Both the position numbers and the translations under genes were made by a program. A stretch of DNA of 64,000 nucleotides. Source: an uncultured Chloroflexia bacterium. GTDB lineage: Bacteria; Chloroflexota; Limnocylindria; Limnocylindrales; CSP1-4. The stretch is from the NCBI GenBank assembly GCA_963713975.1, contig OY970218.1:2752001-2816000 (forward strand), given 5' to 3'. Shown here piece by piece: positions 9,810 through 18,558 of the stretch; the first letter of the stretch is position 1, and every line of letters starts with the position of its first letter. The notes beneath the pieces are model-generated. The model made no database searches, was not told the origin of the DNA, and worked only from the letters and a program-made list of their open reading frames with translations.

Positions 9810-10253
9810 ATGCAGTTCTCGGGTACCGTCCAGATCGCTGCGCCGCGCGACCGCGTGTGGGACTTCCTCATGGACCCGAACCAGGTCGGCTCGTGCGGGC
9901 CGGGCGTCGAGTCGACCGAGGTCATCGACGCGGACCACTTCAAGGCGAAGGCGAAGGTCGGGGTCGGGTTCATCTCCGCACGCTTCGTCGTCGAGATGAC
10001 GGTCGCCGAGCGCAACCAGCCGGATCTCGCGGTGCTCAAGGCGCATGGCCAGGCGCCCGGCTCCGCGGTCGATGCCACCGCCAACATGGCCCTCGCGGGC
10101 CCCGCTGAGGGACCCACGACCATGGACTGGTCGGCGGACGTCATGATCTCGGGGACGCTCGCCTCGGTCGGCGCACGTATGATCGAGGGCACCGCGAACA
10201 AGATGATCGGCCAGACCTTCGACTGCATTCGCGCGAAGCTCGAGGCTGGCTGA
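9810..10253 (+). CDS. coxG: CoxG SRPBCC-domain protein
   Basis: APRDRVWDFLMDP..SCGPG, SGTLASVGARMI; last gene of the cox cluster. Confidence 0.82.
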   Translation: MQFSGTVQIAAPRDRVWDFLMDPNQVGSCGPGVESTEVIDADHFKAKAKVGVGFISARFVVEMTVAERNQPDLAVLKAHGQAPGSAVDATANMALAGPAEGPTTMDWSADVMISGTLASVGARMIEGTANKMIGQTFDCIRAKLEAG

Positions 10254-10305
10254 GCCTTCGTCCGCGGCCCCTGAAGGTCTCAGCCTTCCCGCCGCCGATC
10301 CCCGG

Positions 10306-10551
10306 TCAGCCGTCGCGGCTGACGAGCCAGTGGGAGGTGTGCTCGAGCGCTTCCTCCACGGTGCGGACCACCTCGACCGTGGCGTCCGGGTAGCCCGCCT
10401 CCCGCAGGAGATGCTGGACCTGTGCGCCGGCCGCGGCGCCGTCGGCGACGTCGCTCGCGTGGACCTCGTCGCGGGCGCGCTCGAACGCCTTCACGAACTC
10501 CGGGTCGTCCCACGGGTCGATCCGGGCCTTGATGTTCATGGCGGTGGACAT
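10306..10551 (-). CDS. Small hypothetical protein (81 aa)
   Basis: SD GGAGGT upstream; protein-like composition. Confidence 0.65.
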   Translation of the reverse strand: MSTAMNIKARIDPWDDPEFVKAFERARDEVHASDVADGAAAGAQVQHLLREAGYPDATVEVVRTVEEALEHTSHWLVSRDG

Positions 10552-10657
10552 GCGCGGTCACCTCCAGACCCGAGTCTGCCCGATTGCGGCCGGGGCCGCC
10601 AGAGCCGGACGTCCCTTGGGACATCATCTACCGGGTCCAGCGTGCGACACTCGCCCC

Positions 10658-10822
10658 ATGGAGCATCTGCACGCCGTCATCGGCCCGCTCGCGACCAACG
10701 TCTACATCCTCGCCGATCCACGAACGCGCGAGGCGATCGCGATCGATACGGCCACCCCCAGCCTGGCCTGGATCGCGGACGAGCTGGTGGAGCGCTCCTG
10801 GACGCTCAAGCTCATCGTCAGC
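10658..10822 (+). pseudogene. 5' fragment of MBL-fold hydrolase (inverted duplicate)
   Basis: Encodes MEHLHAVIGP...LKLIVS and loses similarity just before THGHWDH; -10-like GACACT 6 nt before ATG. Confidence 0.85.
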
Positions 10823-11485
10823 CCGAGGGTCCGGTGTCTAGTTGTACCGGCGACCGCCTCAGAACGGAAGCCGTCCCTCGCGCTTGACCAGCTCCATCCA
10901 CGTCCGCTCGTGGCCGATCGTGGTGGCCGCCCCATGGCCGGGCAGCACCCGGAGGCGTTCCTCGAGCCCGCTCAGGCGGGCGATCGATTCCGCCATCGCC
11001 TCCGCTGAGCCACCCGGGAAGTCCACCCGGCCCCAGCCGCCCGGGAACAGGGTGTCGCCGCTGAACAGCAGGCCCTCGTCATCGTTGAGCAGGCACACGG
11101 AGCCTTCGGTGTGGCCGGGTGTATGGAGCACCCGCAACCGGATCTCGCCGAACCGGACCTCGCCGCCCTCGGCCAGCTCCACCGCCGGCACGGACGGGAC
11201 GATGTTGAACGGCGCGTAGAGGGGCTCCGGCTTGAGCAGCCGGTAGGCGTCATCGGGGTGGACGGCGATGTCGGCCCCCGTGTGGGCCGCGACGGCGGCG
11301 TTGTCCCCCACGTGGTCCCAATGCCCGTGGGTGCTGACGATGAGCTTGAGCGTCCAGGAGCGCTCCACCAGCTCGTCCGCGATCCAGGCCAGGCTGGGGG
11401 TGGCCGTATCGATCGCGATCGCCTCGCGCGTTCGTGGATCGGCGAGGATGTAGACGTTGGTCGCGAGCGGGCCGATGACGGCGTG
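10670..11485. repeat. Perfect 153-bp inverted repeat (10670-10822 and 11333-11485)
   Basis: Base-by-base reverse-complement identity. Confidence 0.93.
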
Positions 11486-11497
11486 GATCCGGTCCAT
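10859..11497 (-). CDS. MBL-fold metallo-hydrolase (glyoxalase II/YcbL-like)
   Basis: THGHWDH, HTPGHT, FSGDTLF, LPGHG motifs. Confidence 0.92.
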   Translation of the reverse strand: MDRIHAVIGPLATNVYILADPRTREAIAIDTATPSLAWIADELVERSWTLKLIVSTHGHWDHVGDNAAVAAHTGADIAVHPDDAYRLLKPEPLYAPFNIVPSVPAVELAEGGEVRFGEIRLRVLHTPGHTEGSVCLLNDDEGLLFSGDTLFPGGWGRVDFPGGSAEAMAESIARLSGLEERLRVLPGHGAATTIGHERTWMELVKREGRLPF

Positions 11498-11616
11498 ATC
11501 GGTGCCAGTGTGGCATGCCCCATGGCCCGCCCACGCCACCCGCAACGTGCGAGATCCCGTCGAGGTCGGCCCGCCGCATCCTGTGGCCGTCTCGGGGGCT
11601 GTGCAGACTCACTCCT

Positions 11617-11713
11617 GCTCCCACGCCGCTCATCCCGCTCCCACGCCGCTCCCCCGCTCCCGGGTTCCTGATCCCCTCGGCGGAGGGCGGCTGATCCCCT
11701 CGGCGGAGGGCGG
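11617..11713. repeat. Intergenic short tandem repeats (20-bp unit, and 2 x 23-bp hairpin unit)
   Basis: gctcccacgccgctc x2 with 20-bp period; ctgatcccctcggcggagggcgg x2 at 11668-11713. Confidence 0.85.
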
Positions 11714-11925
11714 TATTCCACTGGGGAATGCCGAACGGCCGTGGCGTGCTTGGCCGGCCCTCGGATTGGACATCTCGCCGGGGTCGCCACGCTCGTGGAG
11801 ACCGGTCGCCATGACGGACCGGAATACCGCCGGCGGCGCCGGCCACGCCTCGGCTCCGGGAAGTCGTCCGTCCTGGCGGCTGCCTCCCGCCGGGCCCTCC
11901 GGCGAGGAACGGCCCGGAACGGAAT

Positions 11926-12543
11926 CTACTGCAGGAGGCCGATCAGCTCCGATGCGATCGTCTCGTCCTTCGACTGGACGCCATACATGACGTCACCGAC
12001 CGCGAAGATCCAGAGGTCGCCGAGCGGATTGGACGCCGGCGATACGAGCCGGGTGACGGTCCGCCCGCCCAACGTCACCGACGACGATGACAGGCTCTCA
12101 CCGGTGGCGACCGCGTCTCCCGCGTAGGCGTCGACGAGCTTCTGGCCGTCGATCCCGCCACCCGCCATGACGATGAGGTTGAAGGTCGTCGTCTCGCCCG
12201 TGCTGGCATAGGCGAATCCCATCTTCGTATGGTCTCCACCTGCGGCATCGACCAGCGGGAAAAGGGCTGGGCCCGCTCCCGACTCCGAGATGCCGGCGGC
12301 ATCCATGCTGAAGGTCATGACCGGTTCACCGCGAAACGACGTGGGCAGGAGCGCTTCGAGCTCCGGCGCACCGTGGAGGATGTCCGACGTCGATGGGCTC
12401 GGCACGGCGACCGACGGGGCCTCTGTGGGTGTCGGCGACGCCGTCGCGGCCGGCGTGGCGACCCCTGGGCTGGCCGCACCGCCGCCGCAGGCAACGAGAC
12501 CGACGAGCAGGACCGGGCCGAGGGCGAGCGCACGCAGGGTCAT
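11926..12543 (-). CDS. Putative lipoprotein
   Basis: Signal peptide with lipobox LVAC, followed by a Pro/Thr/Ser linker. Confidence 0.75.
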   Translation of the reverse strand: MTLRALALGPVLLVGLVACGGGAASPGVATPAATASPTPTEAPSVAVPSPSTSDILHGAPELEALLPTSFRGEPVMTFSMDAAGISESGAGPALFPLVDAAGGDHTKMGFAYASTGETTTFNLIVMAGGGIDGQKLVDAYAGDAVATGESLSSSSVTLGGRTVTRLVSPASNPLGDLWIFAVGDVMYGVQSKDETIASELIGLLQ

Positions 12544-12640
12544 CGAGGATGGTCTCCAAGCGGAACCCCCCGGCGGCATCTCCGGGCGGAGGTGGGATGT
12601 CCTTCTTCCGACCGTCTCGGTCGCGGCCGTTTGAACAACT

Positions 12641-12940
12641 CTAGTATGGACGCACGGGCACTGGGACCATGTGGGCGACAATGCCGCCGTCGCGGGCGAC
12701 ACAGGGGCGGACATCGCCGTCCACCCCGATGACGCCTACCGGCTCCTCAAGCCGGAGCCCCTGTGCGCCCCGTTCGACCTCGTCCTGTCCGTGGCGGCGG
12801 TGGAGCTTGCGGAGGAGGACGAGGTCCGGTTCGGCGAGGACCGCCTGCGGGTGCTGCCCGGCCATGGGGCAGCCACCACGATCGGCCACGAGCGGACGTG
12901 GATGGAGCTGGTCTGCGACCAGGGCCAGCTTCTGTCCTGA
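12641..12940 (+). pseudogene. Degenerate 3' fragment of MBL-fold hydrolase with internal deletion
   Basis: THGHWDHVGDNAAV...RFGEDRLRVLPGHGAATTIGHERTWMEL; lacks the N-terminus and about 61 internal codons. Confidence 0.85.
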
Positions 12941-12986
12941 CGGCGAGCCCGAGTTGTACCCGAGCGGAAGTCCGGGCTCGAACCCG

Positions 12987-14003
12987 TCAGATCCCGGTGC
13001 TGCCGGATCGCCAACCCTCGGGCGCGGGCCGGTCCACGGGGCGACCATACGCCTCCCATCGGCGGACGACGGTGAACCCGAGGCCATCGTAGAGTTGCAC
13101 TGCGCCGGTGGGGTTTGCACCGTCCACGCCCAGCCACGCCTCGTCCATGCCTCGCTCCCGAAGGACGCCGAACGAGGACGCGCACAGTGCCTTGGCCAGC
13201 CCGCGGCCCCGCCACGGCCGGCGGACCGACACGTGCTCCAGCCATGCGCGCCGGATGCCGAGCTCGGCGTTCTCGTCGCTGAAGATCGCGTTCATCACGA
13301 CGCCGGCGACCTCCTCACCGTCCCAGGCGACGCACCACAGCGAGGTGTCCGAGTCGGGTCCGTGGAAGCGCACCGCGAAGTCGGCCTGCTCCGGCGGACG
13401 GTTGCCCCAGTGGTCCTCGAAGGCCTCGTTGTCGGCGTCGAAGATCGCGCGGTGCTGGGCCTCGGTCACGGGACGCAGCTCGAGGCCGTCCGGTAGCGGG
13501 CGAACCGGCAACTCACCGGTCAGGAAGCGCCGCATCTCGAACCCGTACCTGACCGGCACGTAGCCCTCGGCCTCGAGCAGCGCGATCGAGCCACGCTCCT
13601 GCTCCATGGCGTAGGAGCGCAGCTCGCGTGTGCCGGCCCTCGGGTCGTCCGCGAGCTCGATCGTCAGGCGTGCGCGGGTCGTGCGGGCGAGCGCCGTCCC
13701 GATGCCGCGTCGCCGGTGGTCCGGGTGGACCTCGCCCCAGCCCTCGCCGACAAGCAGGCCGTCCCGCTCGACGCGATACCCGTACGCGAATCCGACGACC
13801 GTTCCCGCGATCTCGGCGAGGAGGACGTCCCGGGCGAGCCGGAAGCTGTCCGAGTCCGGGTGCTCGCCGGCGAGCGTCGCGCCCGTCTGGACCTCGTCGA
13901 GGCCGTCCGCCCGGCGGGCGGCGTTCTGGACCCCGGCCATGGCGTCCCAGTCGGCCGAGGTCGCGTTGCGGAGCACCAGGCCTTCAATCTCCAGGTCGGT
14001 CAT
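12987..14003 (-). CDS. Tandem GNAT acetyltransferase (MshD-like fold)
   Basis: VHPDHRRRGIG and VRRPWRGRGLA motifs; LGVDGANPTGAVQLY. Confidence 0.85.
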   Translation of the reverse strand: MTDLEIEGLVLRNATSADWDAMAGVQNAARRADGLDEVQTGATLAGEHPDSDSFRLARDVLLAEIAGTVVGFAYGYRVERDGLLVGEGWGEVHPDHRRRGIGTALARTTRARLTIELADDPRAGTRELRSYAMEQERGSIALLEAEGYVPVRYGFEMRRFLTGELPVRPLPDGLELRPVTEAQHRAIFDADNEAFEDHWGNRPPEQADFAVRFHGPDSDTSLWCVAWDGEEVAGVVMNAIFSDENAELGIRRAWLEHVSVRRPWRGRGLAKALCASSFGVLRERGMDEAWLGVDGANPTGAVQLYDGLGFTVVRRWEAYGRPVDRPAPEGWRSGSTGI

Positions 14004-15022
14004 GATCGGGGGGCCTCGGGCTCGAAGGGCTTGCGGTAGGCGGTGCTGCCCGAGACCTTGCGGAACCCGCAGGACTCGTACAGGGTAAGGGCCCGATTGT
14101 GATTGTCGGTGTCCACGCCGAGGTACGCGGAGCCGATGCCCTCGGCGCGGAGGAGCGCAAGGCTTCGGGCGATGGCCGCCCTCGCCAGGCCGCGGCGGCG
14201 GTGCTGCGGGTGGGTGGCGACGGCATCGAGCAGCCCCCGACGCGTTCCGTCCGGCGCGGACTCCACGATGTTGCATACAACCGCGGCCGGGCGCTTGCCG
14301 GCCCAGGCAACCACCACGAGGTCCCGGCGGAACCGGGGATCCTCGATCCACTCCTCGATCCGGTGGTCCTCGGCTTCGTACTCGCCCCAGTGCTCGGCGA
14401 ACGCCTCGACCATCATCTCGTGGACGGCTGCCAGGTCGCCGTCGCCCGGGGCGCCCAGCCGGTAGCCCTCCGCCACCACGACGCCGGGGAGGTCGTCCAT
14501 GTGCGGCCGGAGCATCTCCGCGTCCCATCGGACGGCCGTGTAGCCCAGGCTGTCGAGCGCGTCCGTGAGCTCGACGTCGCCGTGGAATGCGTAGTTGGCG
14601 AAGTGCGCAACCCGGTCACTCGGGTGTTCCTGCGCCATGACGCGCGACCGAGCCTGGCCCCAGCGTATGAACGTGGCGGCGATGCCCAGCCCCCACGCGG
14701 AGGGGTCGACCAGGGCCGTGAGGTCATAGATCCGGTCGCCGTCGGCGAGATCGTGCCACTCGGCGCGGGCGTAGCCCAGGGTCACGCCGTCGCGCTCCAC
14801 GAGGATGCAGTCGGTGACCGGGTCGGAGTTGACGAGGTGGGTGTAGTGGTGGCGCATCGCCTCGAGGTCGATCGGCTCGACCACGCCGACCCGGAGGCGG
14901 AGTGCGGCGTTCGCGGCCGTCATGCCGGCCAGGTCCTCCAGGCCAGCCCAGCGTCGGAAGCTGAGGTCGCCACGGGACGATGGCACCGGCATGCCGGTGG
15001 CCCCGGTCTCGGTCGTGGTCAT
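14000..15022 (-). CDS. Tandem GNAT acetyltransferase
   Basis: THPQHRRRGLA, LGVDTDNHNRALTLYESCGF; ATGA overlaps on both sides. Confidence 0.85.
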   Translation of the reverse strand: MTTTETGATGMPVPSSRGDLSFRRWAGLEDLAGMTAANAALRLRVGVVEPIDLEAMRHHYTHLVNSDPVTDCILVERDGVTLGYARAEWHDLADGDRIYDLTALVDPSAWGLGIAATFIRWGQARSRVMAQEHPSDRVAHFANYAFHGDVELTDALDSLGYTAVRWDAEMLRPHMDDLPGVVVAEGYRLGAPGDGDLAAVHEMMVEAFAEHWGEYEAEDHRIEEWIEDPRFRRDLVVVAWAGKRPAAVVCNIVESAPDGTRRGLLDAVATHPQHRRRGLARAAIARSLALLRAEGIGSAYLGVDTDNHNRALTLYESCGFRKVSGSTAYRKPFEPEAPRS

Positions 15023-16170
15023 CGGTCACTTCCGTACTTGTGCTTCATGACGGTGCTCACGGATGCCGAGATCGCCTTCCACTTCCGGCGTTCGGCGGCT
15101 CGGAGGAGGGGATCACCCTGGCGGGCGACGTGGGCTGCCTCCTTCTCCAGCTTGCGATGACTGGTAAGGCGGTCCCCGGACAACCGGCCGTCTGCCAGCG
15201 CGGCAAGGACCTCGCAGCCGGGCTCGCTCTGGTGACGGCAGTCGCCAAAGCGGCAGGACGTGGCGAGCGCTTCGATGTCGGCGAAGGCGGACCCCATCCC
15301 GTCGACGGCACCCGCGACGCCCAGGGAACGGATGCCCGGGGTGTCGATCAGGAGCGCGCCGCCCGGGAGGCGCACGAGCTCGCGATGGGTGGTGGTATGG
15401 CGGCCACGTGAATCGTTCTCGCGGACGGCGGCGGTGCGCAGGCGCTCGGCCCCCAGCAGGGCGTTGACGAGCGTTGACTTGCCCACGCCTGAGGATCCGA
15501 TCACGACCGCGGTGCGGCCCTGGCCGAGATGGGCGGCACGGAGGTCATCGACGCCGTCCCCGGTCAGGGCCGACACGCCTCGCACCTCGACGCCGGGCGC
15601 GACGGCCTCTGCCGCCAGCCGCAGGCCGTCCAGGTCCGAGGCGACGTCCGCCTTGTTGAGCAGGATAACCGGGGTCGATCCGCCGCTCCAGGCCACCGCG
15701 AGATAGCGCTCGATACGCCGCAGGTTGAAGTCGCCGTCGAGCCCGGCGACGACGAATGCCACGTCCACGTTCGCTGCGAGGACCTGCTCATCGACGAGGC
15801 GGCCGCCGCCACGCCGGCTCGAGTCGCCGGTCGAGCGTCGGAACGCGGTGCGGCGGGGGAGGACGGCATGGATGACCGAGGTTCCCCTGCCCGGGCCGGG
15901 GATGTCGCCATCGACGAACGTGGCCGCAACCCAGTCGCCGACGGCCGGGAGGTCGCCGGGACCCAGGGCCTCGTGGCGCAGCCGGCCGGAGACGACCGCG
16001 TCACGATCACCGTCGGGCGTGGCCAGGATCCAGACGTCGCGGTGCGTGGCCACGACCCGGGCGGGTCGCCGTCCCGCCGCATCGAACGGCATGAAGGCGC
16101 TGGCCCAGCCCGGGTCCCAGCCGAGATCGGTGAGGGCCGCGGGGGCCGCGACCCTGGTCGGGTGGTCCAT
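15019..16170 (-). CDS. rsgA: Ribosome small subunit-dependent GTPase A
   Basis: Circularly permuted GTPase: NKAD, GSSGVGKST, GRHTT, DTPG; Zn site CRFGDCRH.SEPGC. Confidence 0.93.
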   Translation of the reverse strand: MDHPTRVAAPAALTDLGWDPGWASAFMPFDAAGRRPARVVATHRDVWILATPDGDRDAVVSGRLRHEALGPGDLPAVGDWVAATFVDGDIPGPGRGTSVIHAVLPRRTAFRRSTGDSSRRGGGRLVDEQVLAANVDVAFVVAGLDGDFNLRRIERYLAVAWSGGSTPVILLNKADVASDLDGLRLAAEAVAPGVEVRGVSALTGDGVDDLRAAHLGQGRTAVVIGSSGVGKSTLVNALLGAERLRTAAVRENDSRGRHTTTHRELVRLPGGALLIDTPGIRSLGVAGAVDGMGSAFADIEALATSCRFGDCRHQSEPGCEVLAALADGRLSGDRLTSHRKLEKEAAHVARQGDPLLRAAERRKWKAISASVSTVMKHKYGSDR

Positions 16171-16172
16171 CG

Positions 16173-16976
16173 TCAGCCCACCCGCTTGAGCTTGCCGGTG
16201 CGCTTCGCATAGCGCTCGGCACGACCGAATGCCCACAGGCCCGTGGGGATGAGCACGATGCCCAGGACGAGCAGCGGCACGATGTCCCGGACGAGTGCGC
16301 TGAGTGGCACGCCGTCGAGGATCGAGGCCCTGACGCCGTCTAGCACGTACGTTGCCGGCGACAGCCTGGACAGCGCCTGCATCCACTCGGGCAGCACCTC
16401 GACCGGGTAGTAGACCCCGGACACGAGGAGCAGGCACGACTGGAGCACGAAGGTCATCTGCGCCCCGCGCTCCACGTAGAGCAGGGGCAGGATCGCGGCC
16501 ATCATGCCGATGCCCACGAAGCTGAACGATCCGAGCAGCACGAAGACCGCGGCGGTCGAGAGGTTGGCGACGTCCAGGTCCAGCTGCCGGTAGAACAGCA
16601 TCATGACCACGAGCATGGCTGCCGTATGCACCAGGCCGTAGCCCATCGCGTAGACGCAGGAGCCCAGGAGCTGGGTCCAACGCCTGACCGGCGCCATGAA
16701 GGTGTACTCGAGCGTGCCCTCCCAGCGCTCCACCGCGATCGTCTCGGCGATCCAGGAGAAGACGACCGACAGGTAGTTCCAGAAGACGGCGCCGATGATG
16801 AGCGTGAGCAGCAGCCGCTCGTTGCCCTCGGCGGCGCCGATCAGGCTGATCGAGAGGGCGCCGGCGACCGAGTAGACGAGGAAGGCGAGCTCCCACCCCC
16901 AGTAGCGGCGGGTGAGGAAGAAGTTGCGTTCGACGAAGGCGTATGACGCCTTCAGCTCGTGCGCGACGAGCGCCAC
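16173..16976 (-). CDS. ABC-2 type exporter permease
   Basis: ERWEGTLEYTFMAP, SGVYYPVEVLPEW; multiple TM helices; SD AAAGGAG before GTG. Confidence 0.88.
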   Translation of the reverse strand: MALVAHELKASYAFVERNFFLTRRYWGWELAFLVYSVAGALSISLIGAAEGNERLLLTLIIGAVFWNYLSVVFSWIAETIAVERWEGTLEYTFMAPVRRWTQLLGSCVYAMGYGLVHTAAMLVVMMLFYRQLDLDVANLSTAAVFVLLGSFSFVGIGMMAAILPLLYVERGAQMTFVLQSCLLLVSGVYYPVEVLPEWMQALSRLSPATYVLDGVRASILDGVPLSALVRDIVPLLVLGIVLIPTGLWAFGRAERYAKRTGKLKRVG

Positions 16977-17046
16977 GGGAAGGCTCCTTTCCGGGTGTCG
17001 CCCCCGGGTCCGGTTGCCCGGACCCGGGAGGCGTGGATGGCGGGGG

Positions 17047-17295
17047 TCATCCCTGCCACGCGGGGCTGGTCGTCGTGTCGCCGCCGACACGCCGGCCGAG
17101 CCGCACCAGCGACTCGCCCAGCTGGCGGCGGAGTGACCGCTCGGCCACGTGGGCCATGCGATCGGCATCGCGGATCGAACGCTGGAACGCCTGGCGCTCC
17201 TGGACGTCCGCGAGCCGGAGCTCGATGTGATGCACGTGAGTGTCCTTTCGGAAGGTGGAGTGAAGCCGGTTGGTCGGGGTTGACCGGGTGGTCAT
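17047..17295 (-). CDS. Small hypothetical protein within the ABC operon
   Basis: Strong SD AAGGAGGT; alternative GTG start near 17236; amphipathic LGESLVRLGRRV. Confidence 0.6.
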   Translation of the reverse strand: MTTRSTPTNRLHSTFRKDTHVHHIELRLADVQERQAFQRSIRDADRMAHVAERSLRRQLGESLVRLGRRVGGDTTTSPAWQG

Positions 17296-17317
17296 CGCGG
17301 CACCTCCTTTCGAGATG

Positions 17318-18271
17318 TCAATCGGGTGTGTCGGCGTCCTCCTCGACGTCCTCGTCGAGGGATCGGCCGGTGAAGGTCATGAACACAGCCTCGAGCGTCG
17401 CGGGCTGCCCGTGGCGCTCGGCGACGAGGCGCTTGAGGCCCTCGGGCGTGTCCTCGGCGACCACGCGACCCCCATCGAGGATCGTGATGTGGTCACAGAG
17501 GCGCTCCGCCTCCGCCAGGTCGTGCGTCGTGAGGACGATCGTCGCGCCGTGCTCGGCGTTGACCTCCTCAACGAACGCCTGGACGTCGAGCTTGCTCCGC
17601 GGGTCGAGACCCGTGGTCGGCTCATCGAGCAGCAGCAGGGCCGGGCTCGTCAGCAAGGCTCGCGCGATGGCGACCTTCTGCTGCATCCCCCGGCTCATCT
17701 GCTCCACGGGTCGGCCGAGACGGCTCTTCGCGATGCCGAGCCGGGCCAGGATCGCCGTCGCCTGCCGCTTCGCGTGACCGGCATCGAGGCCGTACAGGCG
17801 GGCGGCGAACAGCAGGTTCTCCATGGGGCTCAGCTTCTTGAAGAAGGCCGCATCGACCGACACCCGGTTGATGAGCCGCTTGACCGCGAGCTCGTCGCGC
17901 TCGAGGTCAAGGCCGAACACCTCCACGCGGCCCTCGTCCAGGGTCAGCAACCCGGAGACGAGGCGGATGAGGGTCGACTTGCCGGAGCCGTTGGCGCCCA
18001 GGACCCCATGGATCGTGCCTCGCTCCAGGCGGAGCGAGACGTCGTCGATCGCGAGGACCGGGGGCTTGCGCCGGTCGACGTTGAAGCGCTTGCTGACGTG
18101 CTCGACGAGCAATGCCGGCGGGCCGGCGGGGGTCTGGGGCCGGAGGGTGCTCGCCTCGGCGTCCGGACCGGCCGGGATCCGCGCGGCGGGCTCGAGGCCG
18201 GCCTGGCGGGTCGGCAGCGGGCTCGACGTCGGAGTGGTCGTCTTCGGTTCGGGTGCGAGGGTGGTGGTCAC
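17318..18271 (-). CDS. ABC exporter ATP-binding protein (DrrA-like)
   Basis: GANGSGKST, signature MSRGMQQK, LLLDEPT, TTH; SD AGGAGG before GTG. Confidence 0.92.
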   Translation of the reverse strand: MTTTLAPEPKTTTPTSSPLPTRQAGLEPAARIPAGPDAEASTLRPQTPAGPPALLVEHVSKRFNVDRRKPPVLAIDDVSLRLERGTIHGVLGANGSGKSTLIRLVSGLLTLDEGRVEVFGLDLERDELAVKRLINRVSVDAAFFKKLSPMENLLFAARLYGLDAGHAKRQATAILARLGIAKSRLGRPVEQMSRGMQQKVAIARALLTSPALLLLDEPTTGLDPRSKLDVQAFVEEVNAEHGATIVLTTHDLAEAERLCDHITILDGGRVVAEDTPEGLKRLVAERHGQPATLEAVFMTFTGRSLDEDVEEDADTPD

Positions 18272-18403
18272 GAGACCCTCCTGCGGTGGATGGATGGCTT
18301 CGGGTTGTGAGCCGGTCCGCGCAGTCCCAGGCATGGGACGAGCCGCGGGCCCGATGTACGGGGGCCGGCGGCTCGGGGGTCGGTACGGGCATGGGATGCC
18401 TGC

Positions 18404-18441
18404 ACAAACAGAAAGAGCCGGGGCCCGGTGGCCCACGGCTC
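18404..18441 (-). terminator. Intrinsic terminator in the ABC operon leader
   Basis: GAGCCG-UGGGCC/GGCCC-CGGCUC hairpin followed by UUUCUGUUUGU. Confidence 0.75.
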
Positions 18442-18474
18442 GGTGGTCGCTCCTGGGGCGCTACGCCCCGCGTC

Positions 18475-18558
18475 CTACCTGCTGGTGGGCACACTCCTCC
18501 CGCCGACGGTGCCGAGGGCATCCGCCTTACGCGGGTAGAAAGCTGCGTTCTGCACCAT
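18475..18558 (-). CDS. Putative leader peptide (27 aa)
   Basis: MVQNAAFYPRKADALGTVGGRSVPTSR; GGAGG upstream; lies between promoter and terminator. Confidence 0.5.
   Translation of the reverse strand: MVQNAAFYPRKADALGTVGGRSVPTSR

Noticed and set aside
10823-12960. Integron attC sites around the MBL copies
   Set aside because: GTTGTAC does not fit GTTRRRY; no attC hairpins or integrase
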